Part shown: one piece after another, positions 50,211-60,100 of the stretch | Layout: each line of letters opens with the position of its first letter | Numbering within the stretch: position 1 is the first letter of the stretch | DNA from: Deltaproteobacteria bacterium | GTDB taxonomy: Bacteria; Myxococcota_A; Polyangia; Fen-1088 | Length of the DNA: 64,000 bases | Assembly: GCA_033763315.1 (NCBI GenBank) | Contig: JANRKS010000021.1 | Coordinates: forward strand, 64,001 to 128,000 | Direction: 5' to 3' | Notes under the pieces: generated by a model | Databases searched by the model: none | Told to the model about the DNA's origin: nothing | Seen by the model: only the letters and a program-made list of their open reading frames with translations | Made by a program: the position numbers and the translations under genes

Positions 50211-51397
50211 GGGGCCGCCTTGCCTTCGGCGTGGTTTGTGCCAGCCGCTTGCGCATCGATGCCTGTGACGAAGCGACCAGCGGCATCGAGCACCATCGTC
50301 AGCGGCGACGTTTGTTCCACCTTCACTTCCACAAGCCCCGGCAAACCGTGTTCAAGCGGCGCCGTGTTGCCAGCTGTGCGTGAGACGTCGAGCTCCACGC
50401 GTATCAAGCCGTCATTGGGCTCGGAGCCGACGTTCGTCACACGCACAGCGAGCGCGCCGTATTTTGTCCAAGGAAAGCCAAGCAAACGCACGCGCCCCGT
50501 TTGCCCGCGTTTGATGCGGCCCACCGCCGCTTGCGGATCGAAGAACGCCACCACGCGCAAGCCGCCTTGGGGCACCACCACCGCCAAGCGCGTGCCTTCC
50601 TCCACCACCGCCCCCGCGCGCAACGCACGCACGTCGCCCAAACGCCCGGATACGGGCGCGCGTATCGTGCGCAGCTCCACCTCACGCCCGAGCGTGCGCA
50701 GATGCGCCTGGCTTTCGGCCCGCATCGCTTCAAGTTGTGCGATCTCAAGTTCGATGCGCGCCAAACGCGCGCGGCGATCGCTGCGTTTCGCGATGACTTC
50801 GCCACCCAGCCGTTTGACGCCGGTGCGTGCGGCCTCGGCCTCGGCCACGCGTTGTTCTGCCTCGGACTTCATGCGTGAGGATTCAAGTTCCGCCACGATG
50901 CGCTGCTGCCGCAGCCGTTCCAGTTGCGACGTTTCGCTGGTTTTCAGTGTTGCCACAGCTTCACTGGCCCGGCGCATGGCTTCGGCCTCTTCGTGGGCCG
51001 CCACCGCCGCGACGCCCTCGCCCACCGCGGCCCGCTCATCGGCCGTCATCTCTTTGCGAAGGGCGTTGATCTGCGGTTCAAGCGCGGCCAGATGTGCCGC
51101 TTCCTTCGCCAACGCCAAGGAGAAGGCCTCGGCGTCCAATTGCACCAGCACGTCTCCCTGTTTCACCATGGCACCCAAAACCAAGTCGCTGCGCAACACG
51201 CGCCCCGACACAGGGGCATCCACGGGGTTAGAAGCGGTGTCCACTTCAAGCCGGGCGCTGTGCGAAGCGGCGTAAACAGACAGCTTCGCGAACAAGAACC
51301 ACGCGGTCCAAGCAAACAAAAGCAAGCCACCCGCCAGCGCCGACCAAGCGGGGGCGTTCTGGAAGGGGGCCAAAGCAGAGGCAAACTTTCGCGGCAT
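50207..51397 (-). CDS. HlyD-family membrane fusion protein
   Basis: One TM, APVSGRV...GDVLVQLD, long coiled coil, IRAPVSG, GFPWTKYG. Confidence 0.92.
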   Translation of the reverse strand: MPRKFASALAPFQNAPAWSALAGGLLLFAWTAWFLFAKLSVYAASHSARLEVDTASNPVDAPVSGRVLRSDLVLGAMVKQGDVLVQLDAEAFSLALAKEAAHLAALEPQINALRKEMTADERAAVGEGVAAVAAHEEAEAMRRASEAVATLKTSETSQLERLRQQRIVAELESSRMKSEAEQRVAEAEAARTGVKRLGGEVIAKRSDRRARLARIELEIAQLEAMRAESQAHLRTLGREVELRTIRAPVSGRLGDVRALRAGAVVEEGTRLAVVVPQGGLRVVAFFDPQAAVGRIKRGQTGRVRLLGFPWTKYGALAVRVTNVGSEPNDGLIRVELDVSRTAGNTAPLEHGLPGLVEVKVEQTSPLTMVLDAAGRFVTGIDAQAAGTNHAEGKAAP

Positions 51398-51531
51398 GAG
51401 CGGGCGCTAGAGTACCGCAGAACCTCACCGAAGCAGGTCCAAAGACCGGGTGTGTGACGCAAGCCGCTCTGCGCTCGGGGAACCTGCAATCCGCTTGACG
51501 GAACGTTCTCTTTCGAGAACACTTGCTTCCG

Positions 51532-53094
51532 ATGAAGGCTATCGTTTTGGTGATTTTGGCGCTGGCTTGCGCAGCCCGTGAGGCGAACGCCAAAACGCCC
51601 CTCCATCGCACGCGCCCGTTGAGCTATGCGTCGCTTGGCTTTTGGTGGGGCACAGGCTGCCCTGACAACGGCCGCTGCGCGTGCAGCCCCACCGCCACGA
51701 CGATGCAGGAGGAGGCCAGCTGCCAACTTGACGCCCTGGCCAAGCACGACTTTCCCGTCGATGTGTTTTTGTTTGACGGCAATGCGTGGTCAAAAGCCAA
51801 CTCGTTCAAAGACAACCAATGCCGTGGCGAAGACTGCTGCGAATGGAAGTTAGGCGATGGCTTGATCGACCGGATGAAAGCCCAGGGCGTTCGAGCCGTG
51901 CTGCACTTTTGGGGTGGATGCCACCAGGACGAACAATATGAACGCGCCCATCGGCGCTTGGGCAAAGTGCTGCTGGGATTTTATCTCGACGACGGATCGT
52001 CGGACGCCGAAGCATCCCGCGCCAGTGCGTTCTTGGCCCGCGTGGCGCCTGGCGATTCAGACGTTGTGTGCAAAGCCATTCAAGGCCGGGACGACAAAAC
52101 CAGCGAAGCGTTTCTTTCGTCCACCGCGAACGTAAGCTACGTCGGCGACACCCACTATGACTGGCAGGGCCTCAAAGACGGCATCAAGCGGTTCTTCACA
52201 AAGGGGCCACTGCTTCCGGCCGCGTTCAACGAACTGACGGGGTACTGGTATCCGAAGGAAGGCACGCCCGACGAAGAGACGGTGTATCGACGTTTACACT
52301 GGGGCGCCGTGCAACCAATCATGGCGCACACGCCGTTCGCAAACATGGATCCTTGGCAACACGGCTATTCCGCGGAGCTGCTCGCCGCCTATCGCCGATG
52401 GGCCTGGTGGCACAAAGAGCTCACGCCCTACATCTACAGCCTGTCGATCGCGATGCACGAGAACCCCGCCGAACCGGTCATTCGCAATGCTTCTTTGCCA
52501 AACGAATCAATGCAACTGGGGCCCAACATTTTTGCGGCATTCGTCAGCGATCCGAAGGTGAGCGCACGTGACGTGCAGTTGCCGCCGGGACGATGGATCG
52601 ACGTTTGGAATGAAGACAACGTGCTATCGGGCCGCGTGAAGCAGCACCCAGCCAAGCCGGGATTCGAACCTGTGTTCGTTAAAGAAGGCGCGTTGCTGCC
52701 GCTACAGGTGGCGCGCCCTTATGCAGATCACGGCACGCGCGCTTCGGCAGACAGCTTAACGTTGCTGGCATACCCAGCCGGAAAATCTACTTTTAGGTAC
52801 CGGGATCACGTTCGCAACCAATGGCACGTGTTCACGTTGAAGCAGCAAGGCCCGGCGCTGTCGTTGGACGCCGCACCACGGTTTCGACGCCTGCCGGTGT
52901 TGCTGCGGCTGGGTCGACAAAAGCAGCCACCGCAATCCGTTGGCATCAAAGGAGGCCGGCTGTTGGTGAATGCCACCGATCGTATCGCCGCCTTGCCACA
53001 AGTCGCAACAGAAGACGCCGTCAACGCCGCGGGCGCTTCGTGCTGGTTCTTCGACGCGCAGAAAAGGCGATTGATCGTTAAGTGGGTCCCCTAG
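51532..53094 (+). CDS. secreted glycoside hydrolase family 31-like protein
   Basis: Signal peptide, FPVDVFLFD, YRRLHWGA, LTPYIYS, VQLPPGRWID.W, PVFVKEGALLP. Confidence 0.7.
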   Translation: MKAIVLVILALACAAREANAKTPLHRTRPLSYASLGFWWGTGCPDNGRCACSPTATTMQEEASCQLDALAKHDFPVDVFLFDGNAWSKANSFKDNQCRGEDCCEWKLGDGLIDRMKAQGVRAVLHFWGGCHQDEQYERAHRRLGKVLLGFYLDDGSSDAEASRASAFLARVAPGDSDVVCKAIQGRDDKTSEAFLSSTANVSYVGDTHYDWQGLKDGIKRFFTKGPLLPAAFNELTGYWYPKEGTPDEETVYRRLHWGAVQPIMAHTPFANMDPWQHGYSAELLAAYRRWAWWHKELTPYIYSLSIAMHENPAEPVIRNASLPNESMQLGPNIFAAFVSDPKVSARDVQLPPGRWIDVWNEDNVLSGRVKQHPAKPGFEPVFVKEGALLPLQVARPYADHGTRASADSLTLLAYPAGKSTFRYRDHVRNQWHVFTLKQQGPALSLDAAPRFRRLPVLLRLGRQKQPPQSVGIKGGRLLVNATDRIAALPQVATEDAVNAAGASCWFFDAQKRRLIVKWVP

Positions 53095-53107
53095 CCTTTA
53101 GGAGTTT

Positions 53108-53860
53108 ATGAACATGAGTCGATTTGATGGGCAGGTTGTTGCCGTCACGGGCGCGGCTTCCGGGATTGGTTTGGCGATCGCCAAACGGCTCACCAAAGAA
53201 GGCGCACACGTGGTGGCCTGGGACCGTGACCGACGCGCCCTTGAAGTGGCCTTCGGCACGTCATCGTCGGCTGTGGCCGCCGCCCGGGCCGTGGACATCG
53301 CCGACGATGGATCGGTGGCCGCCGCCACAGAAGAAATCGTCACGCGGTTCGAGAAGCTCGACGGTGTCATCCACTGTGCCGGCGTTGTGGGGCCCAACGG
53401 CAAAACCATCGTCGACGTTTCCACCGAGGAGTTCGAAAATGTGTGCCGCGTGAACTTGGTGGGTTCGTTCGTGGTCACCCGACACGCGCTTAAGGCCATG
53501 CTGCCGCGTCAGTATGGCCGGATCTTGCTGTTTGCCTCCATCGCAGGCAAAGAAGGCAACGCGGGTATGTGTGCGTATTCGGCGAGCAAAGCCGGTGTCA
53601 TCGCGCTGGCCAAAAGCGCTGGCAAAGAGATGGCCACAAAGGGGATCACGGTGAACGCGATTGCCCCGGGGGTGATCAACACGCCGCTGGTTCAGGCGAT
53701 GGAGCCAGCACAGGTTGCGTACATGACGGAAAAGATCCCCATGCAGCGCACGGGTTCGCTTGATGAAGTGGCGAGCCTGGCGTGTTGGATCATCTCGCGC
53801 GAGGCCAGCTTCACCACAGGCTTTACCTTCGATCTGTCGGGCGGCCGGGCCACTTACTAG
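53108..53860 (+). CDS. SDR-family oxidoreductase (FabG-like)
   Basis: TGAASGIG, YSASK, FDLSGGRATY; AGGAG RBS. Confidence 0.9.
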   Translation: MNMSRFDGQVVAVTGAASGIGLAIAKRLTKEGAHVVAWDRDRRALEVAFGTSSSAVAAARAVDIADDGSVAAATEEIVTRFEKLDGVIHCAGVVGPNGKTIVDVSTEEFENVCRVNLVGSFVVTRHALKAMLPRQYGRILLFASIAGKEGNAGMCAYSASKAGVIALAKSAGKEMATKGITVNAIAPGVINTPLVQAMEPAQVAYMTEKIPMQRTGSLDEVASLACWIISREASFTTGFTFDLSGGRATY

Positions 53861-53940
53861 CCGCGGCGGCCGCGCCGGGGAACCCCGTCAGGATTTGGAG
53901 GTTGCATCTGCCATGCCGGCGCGCCACTGTAGCAGCCCTC

Positions 53941-54999
53941 ATGGTTCACCTTCCCACCGATAAAGCCGCCGCCTTGGCTGAAAAGGCTCACTTGGCATTC
54001 GTTGCCGAGCAGTTCGAGCAAGCCGAAGCTCTGTTCACAGAGTCATCAACGTTGCTGCGTTCGCATGTTGTCAAATCCAAAGCGCCTGACGAAGACGCGG
54101 CCCGCACATGGGTGGCCGCCCATTGCGGCGCCGCTTCGGCCGCGCGGGCCCAAGGCGGGTACGCCCGCGCCGAAAAGCGTTTGAACGAAGCTGAAGCCTT
54201 CGTGCTGCGCACCTACGGGGCCAAGGACGCCGTTTACGCCAACGTGCTGAATGAGCGCGGCATCTTGCGCAAGTACCAAGGCCGCTTCAAAGAAGCGGAG
54301 GCCGAATACAAGAAGTGCAAGCCACTCATAGCCAAAGGCTTCGGCAAAGACAGCGAGTCTATGTCGGTGCTGTTGCACAACTTGGGCGGCATTGCGCACG
54401 CGCAAGGGCACTGGAAGCGCGCCGAAGCGTATGCGCGCGAAGGGCTGCGCTTGCGCCAAAGCTTGCCGAAGCCAGATGCTGTGGCCGTGGCCGCCGATCA
54501 AAGCGCCCTCGCCGCCATCTTGGATGTGGCTGGCAACCACGACGAAGCGGCCACGCTGTTGGCAGAGGCTTTGGCGACGTTCAAGAAGAAGCTGGGCCCA
54601 CGCAGCTTCGAGGTGGGTGTTACGATGGAGACGCTGGGCAACCTGCACTACCGCATTCACGATTTGCCCAAAGCCGACAAGCTGCTAACCGCGGCGCTTG
54701 AGATTCAACAAGAGCGCTTGGGCGCCGGCCACCCAGAACTCGCGTTCGCGTTGCATAACCTCGCCGTGGTGCGCATTGATCGTGGGCAACCCGAAGACGC
54801 CCGCCCGTTACTACAAGAAGCGTTGGCCACGTTTAAGAAAACCTTTGGCCCGAAGCACGCGAACACGCTTGTGGTCAAAGATCGGCTCGAATCACTGGGC
54901 AAGGCGGCCGCGCCCCTCAAAAAAGCGGCGCCGATCCCCACAAAGAAGCCGCAACGCAAAACCACAAAGACGGCTGCGAAGTCCAAAAAAGCTCGCTAA
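53941..54999 (+). CDS. tetratricopeptide repeat protein with Lys-rich tail
   Basis: About 42-aa kinesin-light-chain-type TPRs (LHNLG/LHNLA, G..HP). Confidence 0.85.
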   Translation: MVHLPTDKAAALAEKAHLAFVAEQFEQAEALFTESSTLLRSHVVKSKAPDEDAARTWVAAHCGAASAARAQGGYARAEKRLNEAEAFVLRTYGAKDAVYANVLNERGILRKYQGRFKEAEAEYKKCKPLIAKGFGKDSESMSVLLHNLGGIAHAQGHWKRAEAYAREGLRLRQSLPKPDAVAVAADQSALAAILDVAGNHDEAATLLAEALATFKKKLGPRSFEVGVTMETLGNLHYRIHDLPKADKLLTAALEIQQERLGAGHPELAFALHNLAVVRIDRGQPEDARPLLQEALATFKKTFGPKHANTLVVKDRLESLGKAAAPLKKAAPIPTKKPQRKTTKTAAKSKKAR

Positions 55000-56468
55000 G
55001 CGCGAAACTTTTCCACGTCAATGCCGTGGCGGTCCACCGCGCGCTTGATCACCTTCCAATGGCGATCAAGTTCGCGGGCCACTTCGCTCACATTGCCTTG
55101 GTGCTTGCGCAGAAGCGCTTCTAACTCTTCCTTTGTTGGAATGCGCCGTGGTGAGCGACGACGCGACGGCCCGCCTTCATCGTCATCTTCCTCTTCGGGG
55201 GCACTCGCCACCAACACGGGTGCGGATGGGCGGTTGCCGGTGCTTGTGCCTGTGGGGCCAAACCCATCAACGACGGTGCCGTTTTCGCCAACGAGGCCCG
55301 CGATCTCTTCGGGCACGTGCGCCAACCCCAACTCAGCCGCGCCTTCACCCAAGAGCGCCGCCGTTTCGATCACCTTCTTGAGCTCGCGCACATTGCGCAG
55401 CCAAGGGTGAAGGCACAACGCCAAAAACAGCACAGGATCCAGCGGCTTCGAAGGCCCGCGCCCGCCATTCGTGAGGAAGAAGTGAATCAACACACCCAGA
55501 TCCTCACGACGCGCGCGCAACGGCGGCAACGTGAAGGCGGCGGCACCCATGCGTCCCACGAGATCTTCGCGCAAACCGGGCGACCCGTTGCCACCACCGG
55601 GGCGGCTGGTGGCGGCCAACACGCGCGTTTCCACGTGACGCGAACGCGTGGCCCCCAACGGCACGATCTCGCGGCTTTGCAGAAACCGCAGCAACTTGGC
55701 CTGCGCGGTTTGTGGCATGTCGCCGATCTCATCCAGAAACAATGTGCCGCCCTCAGCCTCTTCAATCAGTCCACGCTTTGATTGCATGGCTTGCGAGTGA
55801 GCGCCGCGCACATAGCCAAACAGTTCGCTTTCAACCAAGTCGCCGGGCAACGCCGCGCAGTTCACGGCCACAAGCGGGCCACCGCGGCCGCTGGCCTTGT
55901 GAATCGCCTCCGCATAAACCTCTTTGCCAACCCCGGTTTCCCCCACCAGCAAGATCTCATGCTCGGAGCGCGCCATCTTGCGCAGCTTCACTTCGCCGGC
56001 GGCGGTGGCGGGCGACGCGGTGACGATGGGGCCCAAAGGGTTGCGTGCAGAGTCGCTAAGGCATGCTTGATCGTCGGCGGACAGCCACCGGAAGACTGCC
56101 GCGTGGCCGCCGAAGAACAACAGATCACCATCGGCCAGGGGCACCGGGCCGCGCACCAAAGCGCCGTTGCGAAGCGTGCCGTTCGTGCTGCCTAGGTCTT
56201 CCAGCACGCACAAGCTGCCTTGGCGCTGGATGAAGGCGTGTTTGCCCGAGGCACGCCGGTGGGTGAGGCGCCAGGCGGGCAACGAATCTGTGGATTCGGC
56301 GTTGCGACCGATCTGCAAACCGCCCGGGCCGATCAACAGGACGCGCGCGGCGCCCGCAGGTGCGGCGCCCCCCAAAGCGGCATCTCCCACGACGATGAGG
56401 GACGGCGTGCGCGTCGACGACGCCACCGGAGATTGAATTTCCGTGCTGGGACCTGGCATGACGCTCAT
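54996..56468 (-). CDS. FHA-domain sigma54-type enhancer-binding protein (FHA-AAA+-HTH)
   Basis: FHA IGR..SGKHA..DLGSTNGT; GETGVGKE, VNCAAL, ESELFG, LFLDEIGD, W.RNVREL; C-terminal GNVSEVAREL. GAFTGA position reads GAHSQA. Start placed at ATG 56468. Confidence 0.92.
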   Translation of the reverse strand: MSVMPGPSTEIQSPVASSTRTPSLIVVGDAALGGAAPAGAARVLLIGPGGLQIGRNAESTDSLPAWRLTHRRASGKHAFIQRQGSLCVLEDLGSTNGTLRNGALVRGPVPLADGDLLFFGGHAAVFRWLSADDQACLSDSARNPLGPIVTASPATAAGEVKLRKMARSEHEILLVGETGVGKEVYAEAIHKASGRGGPLVAVNCAALPGDLVESELFGYVRGAHSQAMQSKRGLIEEAEGGTLFLDEIGDMPQTAQAKLLRFLQSREIVPLGATRSRHVETRVLAATSRPGGGNGSPGLREDLVGRMGAAAFTLPPLRARREDLGVLIHFFLTNGGRGPSKPLDPVLFLALCLHPWLRNVRELKKVIETAALLGEGAAELGLAHVPEEIAGLVGENGTVVDGFGPTGTSTGNRPSAPVLVASAPEEEDDDEGGPSRRRSPRRIPTKEELEALLRKHQGNVSEVARELDRHWKVIKRAVDRHGIDVEKFRA

Positions 56469-56518
56469 GTGGTGCCCATCGACCATACAACGGCCCGCGC
56501 GCGGCTCGAAGGCCCGGC

Positions 56519-56577
56519 GTGGGACTGCGGTTGGGACTCGTTGGGACTCGTTGGGACTCGCGTGGGTGCAGTCCCAA
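56519..56577. repeat. 10-bp tandem direct repeats (TTGGGACTCG x3, one imperfect copy, one inverted GTCCCAA); candidate activator binding sites
   Basis: gtgggactgcgg-ttgggactcg-ttgggactcg-ttgggactcg-cgtgggtgca-gtcccaa, about 85-140 bp upstream of the -24 element. Confidence 0.75.
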
Positions 56578-56660
56578 GGAGATGGCGCGGAATCATGCGT
56601 TTTCGGCCGAAAGAGCGGGGATTTTGGCGGGGCACGCGTTTTTTCAGAAGGGCTGGAACG

Positions 56661-56677
56661 TTGGCACGAAGGTTGAA
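56661..56677 (+). promoter_or_regulatory. sigma54-like -24/-12 promoter for the repeat peptide gene
   Basis: TTGGCACGAAGGTTGAA against consensus TGGCACG-N4-TTGC(A/T); GA instead of GC at -12. Confidence 0.7.
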
Positions 56678-56752
56678 GTAGTCCCTCTCGTCCGAACGGC
56701 AGCAAGCCGCAAGACACCCACCAACCCCAACTTCCAACGAAAGAGATTCCCC

Positions 56753-57157
56753 ATGAAAACCTCCAAGATGATCGTTCGCACCTCCACTGGCATCAAAGCT
56801 GGCGGCCTCGTCTCCACCAACCACAACCGCGCTCTCATCAAAGCCGCTTCGGGCGCCAAGGCGGGCGGTCTCGTCTCCACCAACCACAACCGCGCTCTCG
56901 TCAAAGCTGCTTCGGGCGCCAAGGCGGGCGGTCTCACCAGCATGAACCACAACCGCGCTCTCGTTAAGGCTGCTTCGGGCGCCAAGGCGGGCGGTCTCAC
57001 CAGCATGAACCACAACCGCGCTCTCGTTAAGGCTGCTTCGGGCGCCAAGGCGGGCGGTCTCACCAGCATGAATCACAACCGCGCTCTCGTTAAGGCTGCT
57101 TCGGGCGCCAAGGCGGGCGGTCTCACCAGCATGAACCACAACCGCGGATTGATCTAA
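56753..57157 (+). CDS. 134-aa multi-cassette peptide precursor with six KAGG-Lxxx-NHNR units
   Basis: ATG 56753 after GAAAGAGA; MKTSKMIVRTSTGIKAGG, then LVSTNHNR x2 and LTSMNHNR x4 joined by AL(I/V)KAASGAKAGG; several differences between units are synonymous in this frame. Confidence 0.85.
   Translation: MKTSKMIVRTSTGIKAGGLVSTNHNRALIKAASGAKAGGLVSTNHNRALVKAASGAKAGGLTSMNHNRALVKAASGAKAGGLTSMNHNRALVKAASGAKAGGLTSMNHNRALVKAASGAKAGGLTSMNHNRGLI
56795..57145 (+). repeat. 63-bp coding tandem repeat, about 5.6 copies
   Basis: Unit aaggcgggcggtctcaccagcatgaaccacaaccgcgctctcgttaaggctgcttcgggcgcc. Confidence 0.95.
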
Positions 57158-57162
57158 CTCGC

Positions 57163-60100
57163 TCATGATTCGCCACGGATCCAATCGGTTCCCGTTTTGA
57201 GATGAACGTGCGGGGACCGTGGTTCGGGAATGGCGGGAAACTTCAAGCCGAGCGAGTGTGCCTGTCGCGCCAGCAGACCAACATCTGGCAGTGACGCCAA
57301 CACACGCTCTCGATCGTCCTGGCTTTGCAAAACGCTCAAACGCTTCTCCAAAGCCACCAACGCTTCCGCAGCCACTTCGCGCGCCTGTGCCATATCTCCC
57401 TCAGCGCGAAGGCATTCAACCCCTGCAAGCCACACGAGAAACTCTGCGTGTTCAGCGCCACCCAAACGACGAAGCGTGGCCACAGCAGATTCGGCATAGA
57501 TGCGCGCGTCCTTACCACGGCCCACCATCAGTAAGGCGCGCGCCAATGCAGCCTCGGCGGTGAACAGCAACGACGGTGTTTTGGCCAGATGGGACACGGC
57601 CTCCTCAGCCCGCGCCAGCGCCAGGTCGCCGCGCTCCTCCGCCAAAGCGGCTTGTGCCAACAAGATCGAGCAGAAGCCAACAACCCGTGGGTCGTTCTGC
57701 CCGTCGCCGCCCGCGAGAGCTTCTTCGACCATCTGGCGCGCCTCCGCGTTTTGTCGCCGGCACAGCAAGGTCGCTGCCAGATTCACCTGGCCCATAAGAA
57801 GCGTGTAGTGGCCGCCTAATCGACGCGACAATGCGATGAGGTCGCGTGCGGCCTTCTCAGCTTCTTGCAGTTGCCCGACGTCGGTCAGCGTGCACACAAG
57901 GTTGTTAAGCACCCCGCACGACTCGCGCAAATCTCCCACGATGTGGAACAGCTCAAGCGCGCGCCTTGCATCGTCGATGGATTGTTGCGCTTTTCCGAGA
58001 ATGAGATGCAAATGCGTGCGCAGCGAATACCACATCGCGCGCAGACGAAGATCCCCACCAAGGGCCACTTCACGCACGTTCTCGAGAACGGAAATCACAA
58101 CCAGCGGCTCGTTCAGGAACAAGAAGAATCCTGAGGCCTGAAGCACGGCATACGTCCACTGATGGGACGCGCCATCATCGCTCTGGCAATCGAGCAGCTG
58201 CTGGTGCGACTGCCTCATCAGGTCGAACTTCTGCTGATGACCAAGCGAGATCGTCAACTCGCGCAAAGCCTCCAGATGCAGATCGCCCCGCAACCACTCC
58301 AGAGCCTTACGCGCCGCCTCCTCACCTGCGGGCCAATCGCCCCGGTACATGTGCGCGCGGCATGCCACCAGATGCAAGCGCCCCAGCTCCTCGTCTTGCG
58401 GCCCTAAGGCGTGCGCGCGGGCGCAGCGGTCAAACACACCCTCAAAATCGCTGGCATCCAACGCTTGTTCGGCGGCCACGCGCCACTGAACCAAGGCCGC
58501 CTGCGTTTCGCCCGCGCGCTCGAAATGCGACGCCAACACAACACCATCACGTTCACCGCAGTCTTGCAGGTAAAACGCCGCAAGCTTGTGGCCCACGCGG
58601 CGATCAACGTCCGTCAGCGTGTCGTAGGCCGCGTCTTTCACAAGGGCGTGGCGAAACTGCCAGCGCTCGTCGTAAGGGTTGACCTCGCCCGTGCTTGTGC
58701 GCACGTCGGGCGACATGATGAGCTCGGCGTTCGACAACACGTCCAGCCACTCCACCACGTCCGCGCGCAGTTCCGCGGGCAACAAGGCCGCCACACCGCC
58801 CGCGACAAAGCCTTCGCCAAACACAGAAGCCGCACGCAGCACACGTTTGCCGGCGTCACCCACTTGATCCAATCGCCCCTGCACAGCGGCCAAAACCGTG
58901 GGTGGCGTGGCGTGCCCCGCTCCACCGCCGTGAACCGCTTCCACGCGCACCAGTTCTTCGAGAAAGAACGGATTGCCATCGGCACGTTCGATCAAGGCCT
59001 GCGCGCGTTCGTCTGAAAGCTCAGGCAAAACCGCTTTGATCAACTCACGCGCCGCGCGTGCACGCAAAGGCGAAAGCGTGATGCGATCGGCGGTGTCGCG
59101 CCACAGGTTGGGAAAGCGCGCGTTCACCTCGGGCCGCGCAAACGCCATCACAACGAGGGGCATGGTGCGATATGCCTTCATCGCGGCGTCCACCAGAGCG
59201 ATCGAAGGTGCGTCGCCCCAGTGCAAATCCTCAAGCACCAGCAACACACGCGAATTCATCAGCGCGGCGGCCAACCAATCAAGCCAGGCCACGCGCACCT
59301 GATCTGCCATCGTGCGCGGATCTTGCCGCGCCGCCAACACCAGTGGGATAAGATGAGACGGTGTTTCAAGGCCCGCAATTTCGCCGAGAAACGCCCACAC
59401 ACGCGCGCGATCAGGGCCGGCCAACGTGGGCGCCGAAAGCGCCAAAAAGTCCTCAAGCTTCGCACTTTGCTGCCCGGGCGAATCCGTTGCCACCACCTGT
59501 GCCGCTTGTTTAAACGCCGCGCCCAAGATCTCGTATGGCGCCCCCGCCCTGAATGCATCGGCCACTCCCACCAACGGCAGCAGCACGTCGTCTTCCTCTT
59601 GCAACCGCCGCAACAACTCACGCCGCAATCGTGATTTGCCAGCGCCCGCGGGCGCCAAGATCAAAGCGGCACCGCAGCGGGGCTCATCGAAGCATTCAGT
59701 CACCAAGGCTTCAAGCGAGCGCAGTTCGCGTTCACGCCCCACGAAAGGAACCTGCCGGCCCATCACCAAACGTGATGAAGCGTTGGCACCGATCTCACCC
59801 ACCAGTTGGTATGCCGCGCCGGCTTCCGTTTGTTGCAGCAGCACGGAGAATTGCTCGCTCAGCAGTTCGGCTGTGTCTGCATCCACATAAACGGCCACCG
59901 CCTCGCCCATCGCTGACGATGCGGCCGCGGGCGACAACGCCACCAAGCGCGTGGTCTCGTCGATCGCTGCACCCACCAAAACGCGCCCCTCCACTGTGGC
60001 CCGCCCCAGCGCCAAGGCCATCGCTCGCCCTGCCAAGACCGAACGCAACTCCAACGCCGCGCGCGCCGCACGCACCGCAAGTTCACGCGCGCCGCCCACG

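Noticed and set aside
51532-54999. GH31, SDR and TPR genes as peptide-modifying enzymes
   Set aside because: None belongs to a known RiPP maturase family, and only position links them. A role is not excluded.
56469-56752. Longer ORF-track starts for the activator (56717) and the peptide (56519)
   Set aside because: The extensions overlap each other and the promoter/repeat region and have no domain-like content.
56795-57145. 63-bp repeat array as a CRISPR array
   Set aside because: Units are contiguous, in frame and lack unique spacers; no cas genes. It is a coding repeat.
56465-57184. Antisense repeat ORFs (56465-57184 and 56644-57069, minus strand)
   Set aside because: Shadows of the repeat. 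The plus frame has the RBS, the promoter and synonymous variation.
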